64,000 nt of DNA from Eledone cirrhosa. Lineage: Eukaryota. The notes beneath the pieces were generated by a model. That model was not told where the DNA came from, searched no databases, and saw only the letters and a list, made by a program, of their open reading frames with translations. Shown piece by piece: positions 25,566 to 40,178 of this stretch. The stretch is from NCBI GenBank assembly GCA_964016885.1, contig OZ024755.1, positions 30,008,001 through 30,072,000 on the forward strand. Direction: 5' to 3'. The position numbers were made by a program, and so were the translations under genes. Position 1 is the first letter of the stretch; each line of letters starts with the position of its first letter.

Positions 25566-28500
25566 ATGTATTCTTTGATGGATGAATGATAAAAAGAATA
25601 ATACCAGAATTGTGATGTTGACTATGTTTATTTTACAATGTATTCTTTGATGGATGAATGATACATAGAATAATACCAGAACTGTGATGTTGACTATGTT
25701 TATTTTACAATGTATTCTTTGATGGATGAATGATAAAAAGAATAATGCCAGAATTGTGATGTTGACTATGTTTATTTTACAATAACAATATTCGCTTGTT
25801 GGTACATTGAGCATCGAATAACAAACTTGTGGCAGCAATTATCACTACATTATTTGTTGGCTAGGATTGGCAGTATCGGTAGAGGGTCGGACGCCATGCT
25901 TTGATGCATAGAGTTACGGCCCTTGCTATTCTGAGTTCAAATCCCGCCGAGGTTAACTTTGCCTTTCATCCTTACGGGGTCGATAAAATAAAGTACCAGT
26001 AATGTACTGGGTATTTTCTGGCCTTGTGCCAATAGTAGAAACAATTATTTGTTGGCTAGCTACTTCGAGCTAGCGTGTATGCATGTATCAATACAACGAC
26101 ATAATAGACGTGAAATAACAGGAAGACGACAGATTAGTGAAAAACATAAGTAAACCTAGTGCGTGTGTGTTTATGTTTGTCTATCCTGCCAGGAGAGAGA
26201 AAGGGTAAAAAGTCTGCTTGTGCCTACATCGCTATCTCTCACGGACTGCTTGTTGCTTCGGGGTCTCTCTGTCTGTGGCCGAGAAGGTGAGAACCAGTGA
26301 GGCCAGGAGAGAGAGATAGAGTGAAAGGTTTGCTACATCATTAACCTTAACACGGACTGCTTGCTTCGGTCTGGCTACTGGATTTCCCAAGTCCTTGTAT
26401 TTATAATAACCCTATAGCTAGAAGGATGTGTATATGGGGTTGATTTATGGGCAGCCATATGTGTTTCTTCTGTCTACAAGCTGGGGTCACAGGTCAAGTG
26501 GTATGTATGTTTATCATACTGTTTCTCGACAAGACAATCGTGGAAAACTCCCAACAATAGGTGGTCCCAGAGGCGAGAAATCTCAGATGCGGTTTCGACT
26601 CTTTGCCGGTAAAACATAGGAGTATTCCGTTACAATTCTTACGGGATCGATAAAATAAAGTATCAGTAATACACTGGGATAATTGCTGGCCTTGTGCCAC
26701 AAGTAGAAACAATATTTTTATGAATGCTAATTAGGTTTCATTGCTATTTCACGAAAAAATTCTTGACATTGATTTATGTCTGCCAAACTGCCTTAAAAAC
26801 ATAAATATTTTATTGACCTTGGCTGTATGAATACCAATGTCACCTTCATCCGAATTTGAATTCAGAATATAATTAGGTAGTCAAAGATGTCTACAAGTCG
26901 TGTTGGTTATAGATTTCATTATAAACACTTTCAGGGCAGCAGATTGGCGTCGGACAACATTCTTCGCGGCATAGAGATATGGGCTTTTACGTTCTGTGTT
27001 CAAGTCCCGCCGAGGTCAGCTTTGCCTTTCATCCTTACGGCGTCGATAAAATAAAGCACCAGTAATACACTGGGGTCAATTTAATCGACTTTTCCCTCCC
27101 CTTCAAACTATTGGCCTTGTGCCTAAAGTAGAAACAATTTTAAAAAGGGCGGTGGATTGGCAGTATCGGTAGAGAGTCGGACGCCATGCTTTGCAGCATA
27201 GAGTTACGACGCTTTATGATCTGAGTTGAAATGCCGCCGAAGTTAACTTTGCCTTTCATCCTTACGAGGTCGATAAAATAAAGTACCAGTCACGCACTGG
27301 GTTCGATTTAATTGACTCCCCCCCCCAAAAAAAAAAAAATTGCTGGCCTTGTGCTTTTATAAGAAACCATTATAAACACTTTCTGTCCTTCTGATAGTAT
27401 ATAAATCAGATTTTATATTTAATTCACGGCTTATTTCCTTTGCTTTATGCCTTTTTAAATTTCTTACAATCACCTCAAATCTTTGATACTTCTTTATTTA
27501 TAATCTACTCTACTTGAATGGTTATAGACTACGTGCCGAATTAGAAGCATTAGAGTGTCAGACGAAATGGTTTGTGGTAATCATTTCAAGCAGTAACCCC
27601 GGGAAGCACGTAACCCATTGTTTTGTCACTCTAAACAAGCTCTCTTTAGTTAAGTCTATTTCTTTTATTTACTGTACACTTATTTGTATTGACTAAACGG
27701 CTTAAGTAATTATAATTGTGTTTTATTTCGTCTGATTTGAGCTCAAATGTTATTCAATCTCTACAAATACGTATACGCTTAATCCCCACAAAATTTTGAC
27801 TTTTCGCCAATATTAGAAGTAAGTATTATTCTTATAGGTTAGTGGAGCTAAGGAAGGATAATATATTTTCGGATATCTGAACATCAACAAAGATCAGCTA
27901 ACTACGAGTTTATTCCAGGGGATGTGTTTATAGATAACAGACAGAAATCTCAGCTTGACAATGCTACCGGAAGATGGTAAGGGCTTATGGTTCGAGAGTA
28001 GCTCTATAGGCATAGAAGTGCTCTCAACCAGGACTATTCGAGATGTACATAGAGTGATGAAACTGTTCCCCACGTCCATTTTCAATGTTCAATCATTGCT
28101 GACATGTTGCCCAGTACTCCTCGCGACGCTGCTGTCTTTTGCTCTGGTGGTGACTCGGTTGTTCACCCCTTCCTTTATATTTTCTTTAATATTGCAACAT
28201 TAAAGGAATATACCCTTCTGAAAGAACCGCGAGCAATTTATAATGTTATTTAAGCATTTGTAATGTTATTCATGTATATATTTAAAACATATTTGTTATG
28301 TTATTTCTACTGTAAATTTATTTATAGGCTTTGTATATATCATATGTGTTTATATTCTTAGTATTCCAATACTTATTTAAAAAATTTTCTATTAAATATT
28401 TTATTCCAACGACACATCAGAGCATTTTCAAGCAATTCCCGTTGCTTAATAATTGTTTCGACTTTTGGCACAAGGCCAGCAATTATCCGAGAGTATCACT

Positions 28501-28601
28501 CGTACTTTATTTTATCGACCCCGTAAGGATGAAAGGCAAAGTTAACCTCGGCGGGATTTGAACTCATACCACAAAGAGCCGTAACTCTTTGCTGTAAAGC
28601 A
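25566..28601 (+). repeat. Segmental duplication copy B
   Basis: Matches 1-3096 with small indels and one extra SINE. Confidence 0.95.
25865..26043 (+). mobile_element. Young SINE family 1 insertion with 16-bp TSD
   Basis: ATTATTTGTTGGCTAG at 25849-25864 and 26044-26059; single empty site at 490-505 in copy A. Confidence 0.95.
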
Positions 28602-28881
28602 TGGCGTTCGACCAGCTACTGATACTGCCAATCCATAAATATTTTCCGTTCACTAACTATATCAGACATTATAACAAATAAGTGATTCTAGAGAGAAATA
28701 CTGTCCAGAGGTGACGATGTAACTAATCTTGTTTCTACAAGCCCGGACAAATACATTCTCACTTAATAATACCAGGCAATGACAAACATGTTTTCTGTAT
28801 GTCTGTCATTCCTTGTCACATAATATTTACATCTAAACATCCGGCTGGTTTACAAAACATTGGGTCAACTATATCATCAAT

Positions 28882-29316
<435 letters not shown>

Positions 29317-29873
29317 CCCATGGTCGGGTCGTTGGCGACTAAACTGGCAACCCACCAAGTTTTCTTGGTGAGGAGGGTGACTTTGGACATCCTGCAGGAC
29401 TAAAAACAAAACCTGTCAAAGGGCAAAAGATCTCTTAAGAGTTAATGGCCATCCAAAATCACCGGGAGAGATGACCCCTTAGCTTTTGTCAAGGCAGAAT
29501 TCTAGGAGAAGGAAAACTCTGATATAACACCTGCAACCCTGATGGTATCCAATGATGTTGATTTGTTCTTCTTTTTGTTAAATATCCTCTTGGTTAAGAG
29601 AGTGGGACTGGCTTTGTGCAATGCCTTTGCTCACTATAAAAGCTTCACGGCACAGGCATTGCTTTATATCTGGAGATCTCTCTGCACTTGTCGTCATAGG
29701 GTGCCATGGGCCCAGCACTATGTGTCAGTAATTGTCACATGTGTAGTGTTTGTACCAGTGTGTTCATGTCGCTGGCTGGACTAAAAAGTCACACTCGTTC
29801 AGCTCATCAGTAAGGGTTCTCCTACATGGATATAAGGTAGTGGACGTACTCGAAAACGAGTTGGCAGCCACCC
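29317..29873 (+). mobile_element. Dispersed repeat, probably RTE 5' UTR-derived (inverted copy 43218-43620)
   Basis: ORF 29542..29784 nearly equals ORF 43308..43550; CTAGGAGAAGGAAAACTCTGA resembles RTE 5' UTR sequence (recollection, not searched). Confidence 0.55.
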
Positions 29874-29970
29874 TATATATATATATATGAATGTATGTAT
29901 AGTATATTTGGCAATATAACGTATGTTTAATTAAAAACATTTTCTTACCTTCTCTCCTTTCTTTTGCTAG

Positions 29971-30418
29971 TCTATATATTTAAAACAGAGAATGTCTGTC
30001 TGTCTGTCTCCCTAAAACTCGAGAACCACCCAACCGATTTTTTTCAAACTTTACACATGTAATACTTATGGTCGTGTATTTTGAGCAAAAAATATTTCAA
30101 ATTTTCAATGCCCTAGGGACCGCATTAGGCGCCGGTTAGCGATCTCTCTGTCTTTCCTTAGTCTGTCCTTTTAGATAGATACATAGATATACCGTCGCGC
30201 CCTTATAATATCTCTCTGTATGTCTGACTGCCTGCATTACGACATTATGACACTATCTGTGTGTGCATATGTACATATAGTGTGTTTATATATATATATA
30301 TAGTGTGTAACGTTTTTCGAAATACTTACTTCTGCGTTCACAGATTGATTTTTTTTAGTTTCAGAAGATCCTGCTAAGGGTGAAAGCAGCGATTCTTCGC
30401 TTAAACCTTAATCTGTTA

Positions 30419-30499
<81 letters not shown>

Positions 30500-30784
30500 G
30501 TGTACAGATATTTTTGCATACACAATAACAAAATATAAACAAACGTATTTATTTCACGAGGCTCGACAGCAGCAAAAACAACAACAAAAAAGAGAGGGAA
30601 CGCAATTACATGCTTTTGAAAAATCTTAATGGAGAATTATTTGCCTATTCACCCAAGGCGACTTCACTTTTTATTAGGACTTCTGCAACATTTGGTGAAC
30701 ATACGACGAAACTGTTTCAGAAAGGAGGGATAAACATGCCAATCTATGTTTAGAATCCCGAGCAACGCCGAGGCATTCTGCTAG
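29971..30784 (+). mobile_element. Non-autonomous Helitron-like element
   Basis: 5' TCTATATATTTAAAA with (GTCT)n; 3' GC hairpin CCCGAGCAACGCCGAGG then CTAG-T. Confidence 0.65.
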
Positions 30785-30950
30785 TTAAATATGTTATGAT
30801 GCAACACTGACTCTTTGTTCCTTTATTCTTATAGTATATATATATATATATATATATATATAATGTAGGAGGTGAGTTTTATTGTAGTACAATAAAGCAA
30901 TGCAGATATCGGATAAGAAGCACTCTACAGTTTGTGGGACTGGAGTATGC

Positions 30951-31477
<527 letters not shown>

Positions 31478-32340
31478 TGAATAAAGTTAATATATCTGAA
31501 GGTACACGGTACCCCCAGAAATACATAGGTTGTCTATGATTCAAGGTGGTTCTATGGTAATAATTTGATATACCAGAACTTAATATCAAGATAAGCAGAA
31601 CAAGCAAAATTTAACCAATTTTTCAAAATAAATCAAAATTAATTTACAATTAAAATTAATCAAAATTAAAAAATATAATATAAATATTTACCTATTCAGA
31701 TAGCCCTTACTGTACAGTTTCACTTTGCAAAACATTAGATATCACATGGATATTAATGGAAAAACAAAGATCATCAGAGAAGCATTTTCCTTTCCTAGGG
31801 TTAAAAACCTCAGGAACGATAAAATATATGACCTCGTCCCCAACTGACACGAGTCTAAAGGTCGTAAAAGTGACGCGTATGTTCGCTGGTGTAAAGTGAA
31901 GGCGGGAAATCGTAGACTTGTTGTCTATAGTCGCCACTAAAAAAAATAGCAGCTAGATAGAACGACAGATTTGTTCTCTACATAACGGAGAATATGAATA
32001 AAGTTAATATATCTGAAGGTACAAGGTACCCCCAGAAATACATAGGTTGTCTATGATTCAAGGTGGTTCTATGGTAATAATTTGATATACCAGAACTTAA
32101 TATCAAGATAAGCAGAACAAGCAAAATTTAACCAATTTTTCAAAATAAATCAAAATTAATTTACAATTAAAATTAATCAAAATTAAAAAATATAATATAA
32201 ATATTTACCTATTCAGATAGCCCTTGAATAGTAAATATTTATATTATATTTTTTAATTTTGATTAATTTTAATTGTAAATTAATTTTGATTTATTTTGAA
32301 AAATTGGTTAAATTTTGCTTGTTCTGCTTATCTTGATATT
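31478..32340 (-). mobile_element. Penelope-pLTR/retrozyme-like cassette: partial tandem repeat (517-bp offset) plus inverted end
   Basis: 31478-31708 is repeated at 31995-32225; 32226-32340 is an inverted partial copy; hammerhead motif at the repeat junction; (TA)n at the 3' end. Confidence 0.7.
31703..31783 (-). ncRNA. Type-I hammerhead ribozyme
   Basis: Minus strand GCTTCT-CTGATGA-TCTTTGT...GCAAAGT-GAAA-CTGTACAG-TA-AGGGC; palindromic stem III; GUA site; stem I weak. Confidence 0.6.
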
Positions 32341-32474
32341 TGTGTGTGTGTGTGTGGGGGGGGGGGGGGTATATTTACATACATATACTGGCGGAAACCC
32401 GGTATCTTCAACAAACCTATATTTTGAACCAAAAAATAACAACAAACTGTAGTGAATTGTTGTATTTATTGTTT

Positions 32475-32922
32475 ACTAGCCGAATTACCCGCGCTTTGCT
32501 GCGTTTCACACATAAAAAAGTAGAGGCCTTAACTAATCATTTTTGTTGTCTTAATTCTAGTGATGTTTTGCCATAGATAAAATGTCTAAATTAGCCAAAT
32601 TTTACTATAAAAGAGAGGTGCTTTTTTGTTGATTTACATTTAATTAATAGAAAAACCCCGAGGTTCCAATACTCATTATATACCTCCATTAGGGTGTCTT
32701 AATATTACTGAAATTTGCTGAAATTTTGTGAATATCACCTATGGTTTAAATTTCAGCATGGTTTTGTGTCCCCGGGGAACTCTTTCATTAAAATGAAATA
32801 TACTTATCCAAGTACCCTGGGCAATATAGTTTCAGAATATATATGATTATGGGGAGGGGGAGGGGGGGGGGTCTATCTTCAAAACCATAGGAGGAGTTCG
32901 TGAACAAACAAACAAACAGACA

Positions 32923-32930
<8 letters not shown>
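32475..32930 (-). mobile_element. Non-autonomous Helitron-like element
   Basis: Minus strand starts TATATAAAGTTGTCTGTTTGTTTG and ends CGCAGCAAAGCGCGGGTAATTCGGCTAG-T. Confidence 0.6.
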
Positions 32931-32976
<46 letters not shown>

Positions 32977-32979
<3 letters not shown>

Positions 32980-33079
32980 CGAAGGAAATGTGGTAAGGAA
33001 CCAGGTGGACCATAACGCACCAAAGTCCAGAATTAGCCGTCGAAACGGCTTGAGCTCAGCCGTCGGGGTCTTACTGGTT

Positions 33080-33082
<3 letters not shown>
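32977..33082. repeat. Short (TA)n-flanked dispersed repeat (relatives at 23880-23990, 40970-41157, 49130-49215, 49755-49810)
   Basis: TGTGGTAAGGAACCAGGTGGACCATAACGCACC and AGCCGTCGAAACGGCTTGAGCTC shared. Confidence 0.75.
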
Positions 33083-33173
<91 letters not shown>

Positions 33174-33184
33174 TTGTAATTGTT

Positions 33185-33400
33185 AACGGCGTGGTTTAGT
33201 GATTAAGGCGTTCTGCGCCCAAACGCAAGGTCCTGCGTTCGGTTCGCGCTGGCGAGTTATGTCCTTGAGCAAGACACTCTAGTCCACAAGTTACCCTAGT
33301 TCATTCAGCTGGTAAAAATATGCTGTATCTATAATTCGAAGGACCGATCTTGTTACACAAATCTCAGTAAAAGTTAAATTAAAGATGTATATGTCTGTGG
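33185..33400 (+). mobile_element. CORE-like tRNA SINE
   Basis: GGCGTGGTTTAGTGATTAAG A box, GTTCGGTTC B-box-like, GTCCTTGAGCAAGACACT. Confidence 0.6.
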
Positions 33401-33629
33401 AATTCTCAACAAATTTTACGCTAACCCCAGGTGCGGACTATTGCGTTGTTCGAATATCTCGAACAAACGTCATGATTTGTCATAATCTTTAGAACGAAAT
33501 GTGTCTTGATATGTAATAGTTTTACTATAGAGTCCCGTGATTTGCTCTCTTTACTCTAAAGAGTCTAATAATCTATTTGTTTATATAGATATATAAAAGG
33601 AAAAAATACTATGAATGTAAATCTGTCAC

Positions 33630-34570
33630 ACACACACACATGTGCACTAGGTCCGAACACAGAGGAACCGACCTCCCACTGTCACAACCTCCGTCTCTCC
33701 CGCTCTACCCATCTCTCATAGCATAATTACGTCCTTTTACGGTCTGCGTTCAAACCCCATCGAGATTAACTTTGCCTTTCATCCTTACGGGGTCGATAAA
33801 TAAAGTACCAGTATTGTACTGGGTATTTGCTGGCCTTGTGCCAAAAGTAGAAACAATTATTATGAGCAAATGTGCAGCGGATTGGCAGTATCGGTAGGGC
33901 GACGGACAACATGCTTTGCAGCGTAGAGTTACGGCCCTTTATTATCTGAGTTCAAATCCCGCCGAAGTTAACTTTACCAGTAATGTACTGGATAATTGCT
34001 GGCCTTGTGACAAAAGTAGAAAGAATTATTATGAGCAAATGGTCGCCCACGCGTTTGCCGCCCCACGGCCCCGGAGGACAGAATAGAGGGTTTCTCTGGA
34101 AGATATTGAGGGAGATGCGCTGGAAGAGCCATTTCAGTCCAGCTTGCGAAGATCACACCTGCGGGTCGCCTACTCTGCGCCGATGGTGGTGAGTAGGGAG
34201 TCGGCACTAGGGCAAAGGACACCAGAAGTCTCCAATGCTACGGGCTCGACTGCAAACCTGTCGGAGAGCGACCGATATTTGGAGAGTTTATCCTCCTCAG
34301 CCTGAAGTGCAGCAGAGGCTGGGTTAGTCGCAGACTGCACCAGGTTGCCGCTAGAGAATGTGTCACTGTATATGGCATATCGAGATGATGGGTTTACCAC
34401 CGCGGAACGGAAAGATGGTCATGCCGTCCCCTCGTTCCAGCCACACCGGAGAAGCCTGCAGCATCCAAGCCATGCTTTATGACCTTGTTGAGAGCAGCAT
34501 GGCGTGGAAGGTGGCCGGCACTGTAGCGACAGGTGGAGGCCGAAAGTGTCTACGTTGGATCCGGCAGTTA
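33630..34570 (-). mobile_element. CRE-clade retrotransposon 3' fragment interrupted by two SINEs
   Basis: DTFSSGNLVQSATNPASAALQAEEDKLSKYRSLSDRFAVEPVALETSG; 3' UTR homologous to 6805-6907; SINEs at 33720-33860 and 33873-34030. Confidence 0.8.
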
Positions 34571-34804
34571 TTGATATAACTGAATGAACCGTGATTTGAT
34601 GTCCCTAACTGAAAATAAAATATGTATGTGAATCGTAAATACACAGCAAATGGTTGTTATATGATTGTTAAATCATGTAATATACTACGGTGAATGTTTC
34701 CGGTATTTACTCTTTTACTTTTTTACCTGTTTCAGCCATCCGGCTGAGGCCATGCTGGGGAACCGCCCTTATTTGTATAATATATTAGGGAGTTATAAAA
34801 GCAA

Positions 34805-36490
34805 TAATTGTTTCTACTTTTGGCACAAGGCCAGTGTATTACTCGTACTTTATTTTATCGACCCCGTAAGGATGAAAGGCAAAGTTAATCTCGGCGGGAT
34901 TCGAACTCAGATCATAAAGGGCAGTAACTCTATGCTTCAAGGCATAACGTCCGACCCTCTACTGTAACTGCCAATCCACCGCCCTGTAAAAGAAATAATT
35001 GTTTCTACTTTAGGCACAAGGCCAGCAATTATCCAGTACATTACTGGTACTTTATTTTATCGACCCCGCGAGGATGAAAGGCAAAGTTAACCTCGGCGGG
35101 ATTTGAACTCAGAATGGCAAGGGACGTAACTCTATGCGTCAAAAGCATGGCGTCCGACCCTCTACCGATACTGCCAATCCAGCGCCCTGTAAAAGAAATA
35201 ATTAATGTATAATTAAAGAAGATTTTCTGGTGGAAATCCTGTGACCCTGCCAATGGTTGAGGCCGTGGTATCATTGATTGGCGTGGTGACAGTGTAATGA
35301 TGTTGAACGTTTTATAAAAGGTGGAGTACATTACATACATCATAATTGTTTCTACTATAGACAAAAGGCCAGCAATTTTGGAGGTGAGGAAAGTCGATTA
35401 AATTGACCCCAGTGCATGACTGGAACTTTATTTTATCAACCTCGTATGGATGAAAGGTAAAGCTAACGTCGGCCTTACGTATACCATAATATCGAAATTT
35501 GTGTAATACACAGTTGTATAAATGTATTAGGCGGCGAATTTGAAGAGTCGTAAGAGCCTCGGATAGAATGCTTTATAATATTCGTTCCGACTCTCTGCTT
35601 TCTAAGTCCAAATGTTCCCGAGGTCATCTTTGTCTTTCATCTTTTCGAGGTCGATAAAAAAAGTACCAGTCTTGTACTGGAGTCGATTCTTCCTCCATGT
35701 CTCTTCCTCATTTTTTTCTCTCACTTTCTACCTTTCTCTGGAAGAAATCTGAAGAAATCTGCTGTACTCAGGCCTGGAGAGGGATGGGCTCCGCTAGACT
35801 TAAAATGCCCAAGAAACGCCGTATGTTAATAAGGCGTACCTACGACTCTGTCAGGAGTTACGGGCTTATACCATACTATAAATGCATTAAGCTAATAATT
35901 GTTTCTACTTTAGGCACAAGGCCAGCAATTACCCAGTGCATTACTGGTACTTTATTTTATCGACCCCGTAAGGATGAAAGGCAAAGTCAACCTCGGCGGG
36001 ATTTGAACTCAGATCGTAAAGGGACGTAACTATGCTGGAAAGCATGGCGTCAAACCCTCTACCGATACTGCCAATCCACCGCCACTGCATTAAGCTAATA
36101 ATAATACATGTTTTAACTGAGTTTTCTTTCTGTAAGACTTTCATTTGCCGATGCTGATGAAAGAGCATAAAAGTTGTTGCTTCCGCCTGTATTATGTCTG
36201 AATATTGTGATTGGGATAATTTGTACAAAAGTGGTTAATTGAATCAACAGTTATGTCTTAACATATCTCTGTGAAGATTAGTGCCTAATCTGCTTTACTC
36301 TTCTGATTGTTTCACAATGCCTGAGTTAAAAGATAAAATGGAATATGGAGGAAAATGTGAGAAAGTGCAAGAATAATGGTTTCTTATATAGGCACAAGAC
36401 CAGCTACTTTTGGGGAGGGGAAAGTCGATTATATCGTCCCCAGTGCGTGACTGGTACTTTATTTTATCGATCGCGTAAGGATGAGAGCCA
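34805..36490. mobile_element. Cluster of about 6 SINE family 1 copies
   Basis: Copies at ~34805-34985(-), 35001-35183(-, TSD GCCCTGTAAAAGAAATAATT), 35345-35470(-), 35530-35690(+), 35900-36085(-, TSD TGCATTAAGCTAATAAT), 36375-36490(-). Confidence 0.85.
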
Positions 36491-36596
36491 AAGTTAAATA
36501 AAGTGAAATAAAGTGTCTTGCCCAAGGACATAACGCATCGCCTGGTCCAGGAATAGAACTCACAACCTTACGATTGCGAATCCAATTCTCTAACCA

Positions 36597-36669
<73 letters not shown>

Positions 36670-36675
<6 letters not shown>

Positions 36676-37074
36676 GTTTGAATATGTGTAATAAGGCCAA
36701 GACAATGCAGGTATGGACATAGAAAAAAGAATGCAATAGTGAAAGATATTGATGTGAATTCGTCTTTCACCTTGAATTTATTTAAATGTCCTTAATTTTC
36801 GAGATAATATCTCTTCTTCGGAGGAAAGTAAAGGTCTCAAACCAGCGTCTTTAAATCTCTAGCCTAGCCAGCATGGCTTGGCTAGAGATTTAAAGACGTT
36901 GGTTTGAGACCTTTACTTTCCTTCGAAGAAGAGATATTATCTCGAAAATTAAGGACATTTAAATAAATTCAAGGTGAAAGACGAATTCACATCAATATCT
37001 TTCACTATTGCATTCTTTTTTCTATGTCCATACCTGCATTGTCTTGGCCTTATTACACATATTCAAACGTTTAT
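36670..37074. repeat. ~400-bp palindrome after (TA)n with hammerhead-like motif in each arm
   Basis: Arms complementary with few mismatches; TCCT-(T/C)CGAAGA-A-GAGATATTATCTC-GAAA-AT-TA-AGGA at 36919-36955 (core variant, not CUGA). Confidence 0.85.
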
Positions 37075-37108
37075 ACCTCATTACACAATGCTTCAAGTGA
37101 ACTAAAAC

Positions 37109-37164
<56 letters not shown>

Positions 37165-37390
37165 GTGAAGGCGTGTGGCTGAGTGGTTAGAGAATTGTTG
37201 GATTCGCAATCGTAAGGTTGTGAGTTCGATTCCTGGACCAGACGATGCGTTATGTCCTTGGGCAAGACACTTTATTTCACGTTGCTCCTTCTACCTGGAG
37301 TTGCGACCGATAGATAGTATAAGCAATTGGAAAGACCAAAAGACCAACGGAAACATTGTTCCCTCGGTCGGATTTGACGAAAGTCGATCG
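37165..37390 (+). mobile_element. SINE family 2, near full length
   Basis: A and B boxes, GTCCTTGGGCAAGACACTT CORE-like motif, shared 3' domain. Confidence 0.85.
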
Positions 37391-37438
37391 TTCCTTTTAT
37401 ATATGGGTATGTCAATATTTATTTATAAAACAAATCTG

Positions 37439-37500
37439 TATTTTATCTGATGAAAGCGCACCATAATTTGCCTTGGTTGCCCTTGAAATATATATAAAAT
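37439..37500 (+). ncRNA. Hammerhead ribozyme, family H1 (possibly mutated near the cleavage site)
   Basis: TATTTTAT-CTGATGA-AAGCGCACCA..TGGTTGCCCTT-GAAA-TATAT-ATAAAATA. Confidence 0.55.
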
Positions 37501-37539
37501 AATTATGGTTTTATAAATATAGTTTCCATTTATTAATAT

Positions 37540-37665
<126 letters not shown>

Positions 37666-38003
37666 CAAGGAGTGTAACGTGAAGTTATTGTAGATTCACA
37701 CAGGTGAGCGTTCGATGTTTATTGATTGGAGGCGCGCGTTTCGCTATTGATCAGCTTAAGGTTCGATCTATATTGATCTGGCCCGACTCTGGAATCAAAA
37801 GCTTGTCGGACCTCTGCTGTAGTAGCAGAGGTCCGACGGTTTAAGTTTTAAGGTTAAAATTAAGAAATTAAAGTTAAGATTAAAGATTAAAAATTAAAAA
37901 TTTAAATTTAAAATTGAAAGATTTTATTAAAGAATTAGGAGAGGGATAAAATGTGGGTGCATTTATATAAAAAAAAACTAAATATATCTTTGATAGTCAT
38001 AAT

Positions 38004-38184
38004 TGTTTCTACTTTAGGCACAAGGCCAGCAATTACCCAGTGCATTACTGGTACTTTATTTTATCGACCCCGTAAGGATGAAAGGCAAAGTCAACCTCGG
38101 CGGGATTTGAACTCAGATCGTAAAGGGACATAATTATGCTGGAAAGCATGGCGTCCGACCCTCTACCGATACTGCCAATCCACC
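38004..38184 (-). mobile_element. SINE family 1 with 19-bp TSD
   Basis: TATCTTTGATAGTCATAAT at 37985-38003 and 38185-38203. Confidence 0.92.
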
Positions 38185-40178
38185 TATCTTTGATAGTCAT
38201 AATAAAAGGTTTAGACCTACCACCGTGTGTTTGTGAGGTGAAGAAAGAGTGTGGTTTGTCTTTCGGTACCTACTGAGATAATAGCCTTACAGTCACCCAG
38301 GCTCATTAACAAATCAACTTTTCCGAGTAAAATCTCATAGTGAGAATAGAGAAATTTCTATTATTTGCAAGCACTCTAGGAAACATCTATAGGCTCATCC
38401 TTTATATCGTATCTCCCTTTCGTCTATCTTTCTCTTTCTCCTTTCTCTCACTCTATCTCCGAATAAAAGCCTAACGTTTGAAACGTTAAGACCTTTTCTA
38501 CTACATCAAGTGTTAAACTAATATATATCTTCTTTGCTCTGTATTATTTCCCTACTTTGTTTCACTTCGTTGCCTTTTCGCATACACATTCACACACACA
38601 CACATTCATATGTATATAATCGCGCAACATACTATTAAATATACATAAATGTAAAGTTATGTATGTACGTGTGTATGTGTCTGTGTATGTGTTACGTAAA
38701 AGATCACGACATGGATGAACGTTCACTGGAAGCCATGATGTATAAATTACATTACTGTCCCGTGTGAAACCAAGAAGAATTATGAATATATCAAGAAAAC
38801 AACTTTGTAAAGAATACATTAGAAAACATAAAATGTATTTTACATGTTAGTTGATCTTTTTTCTTTATATATCACCCTGGTTGCCTGGGAAATATGAAAT
38901 AAATCGCATTTATATTTCTGTACTTCGGTGGTTTTCTGCTAGCATGTGTAGTGTGCATATTGATATTATACGCAAATAAATATACATGCATGTAGATATG
39001 ATATGTTAAATAAAATCGTAATTGAGAATATGCACAGAAAATGAAGAGAGACGGTGTAACACTCTCTTCTGTTATCAGTAAAGTAATCCATGATACATTA
39101 TAAAAAAGACGATATTATATATAAACTGCATTAGGGTGAAATTTTATGAAAACGAAAAAGGAGAAAATAAACGTTATATAACGACGCAAATATATGTTAA
39201 ACGGTTATATAAGCGATATAATACAGAGTCTATTATATCATAACCGGAAGTATTGATATTTGAAAATTTTAAAAGAAGTGAATCTTGAAATAAGCAAATA
39301 TTATTTATATTTAATCAAGAGTTACGAAATTTAGTAGATAAATTATGTAATATTCATTCATTATTTATTCAAAGTAATCCAACTTATTTTACAAACGGGA
39401 CAAAAAACTGTATTCAGGACACAGTCCCGCACTCCTCCCTTTATTATTTTATGATGAACAAGTACTAACGGAGAGAGAGTGGTTGGTGAGTGTAAAGATG
39501 GAAGTAATATAAAGTCCTATTGATTGGTAGATCAATTAAACAATAAGAGGTTTATATTTTGCTATATACATAGGCGGAACTGTCACTGGTTACCCGGTGA
39601 TAAACATTAGTAATGAATTGTATGTTTATCGATAATTATGTATAGTCGATTGGAAAACCATATACTTGGATTTCAATTATATCTGCACATATAGAACGCA
39701 TCATTTATTTCTCAATGACCTGAATCAGAATCATGGAATTTATGAATTTCAGAAACTTCTGAGCAGATACACAGAATGACAAAGACAGAAATGATGGCGA
39801 TATAAATATTAATAATTAGCTATATTGGTATACAGTTAAATATGTAAGGCTGTATGTATATATATGATATATATATATATATAGACCAAGTATTATGACG
39901 GTTGTGACCTGATCACGCCTGTCACCCCTTATTAGTAATCGGTATAGAATCGGCTATTTTTATGTCAGGAATATTTAGGATATAGTGCTGAAGGACGTAA
40001 TTGGTTTTATTCTATATCTAGTGGGGAATATATCTGGTAGGTTAGGCTCAGTTTATGCATCTGGAAAATATTTGCTTGAATTCCTGGATTTGTTTATGTT
40101 AGAACAATTAACAGTCATGTTTAAAGACATTTTTTCCAATTCCGCCCTCCCCCTAAGTCTATCTAATTTCTCATTCTT

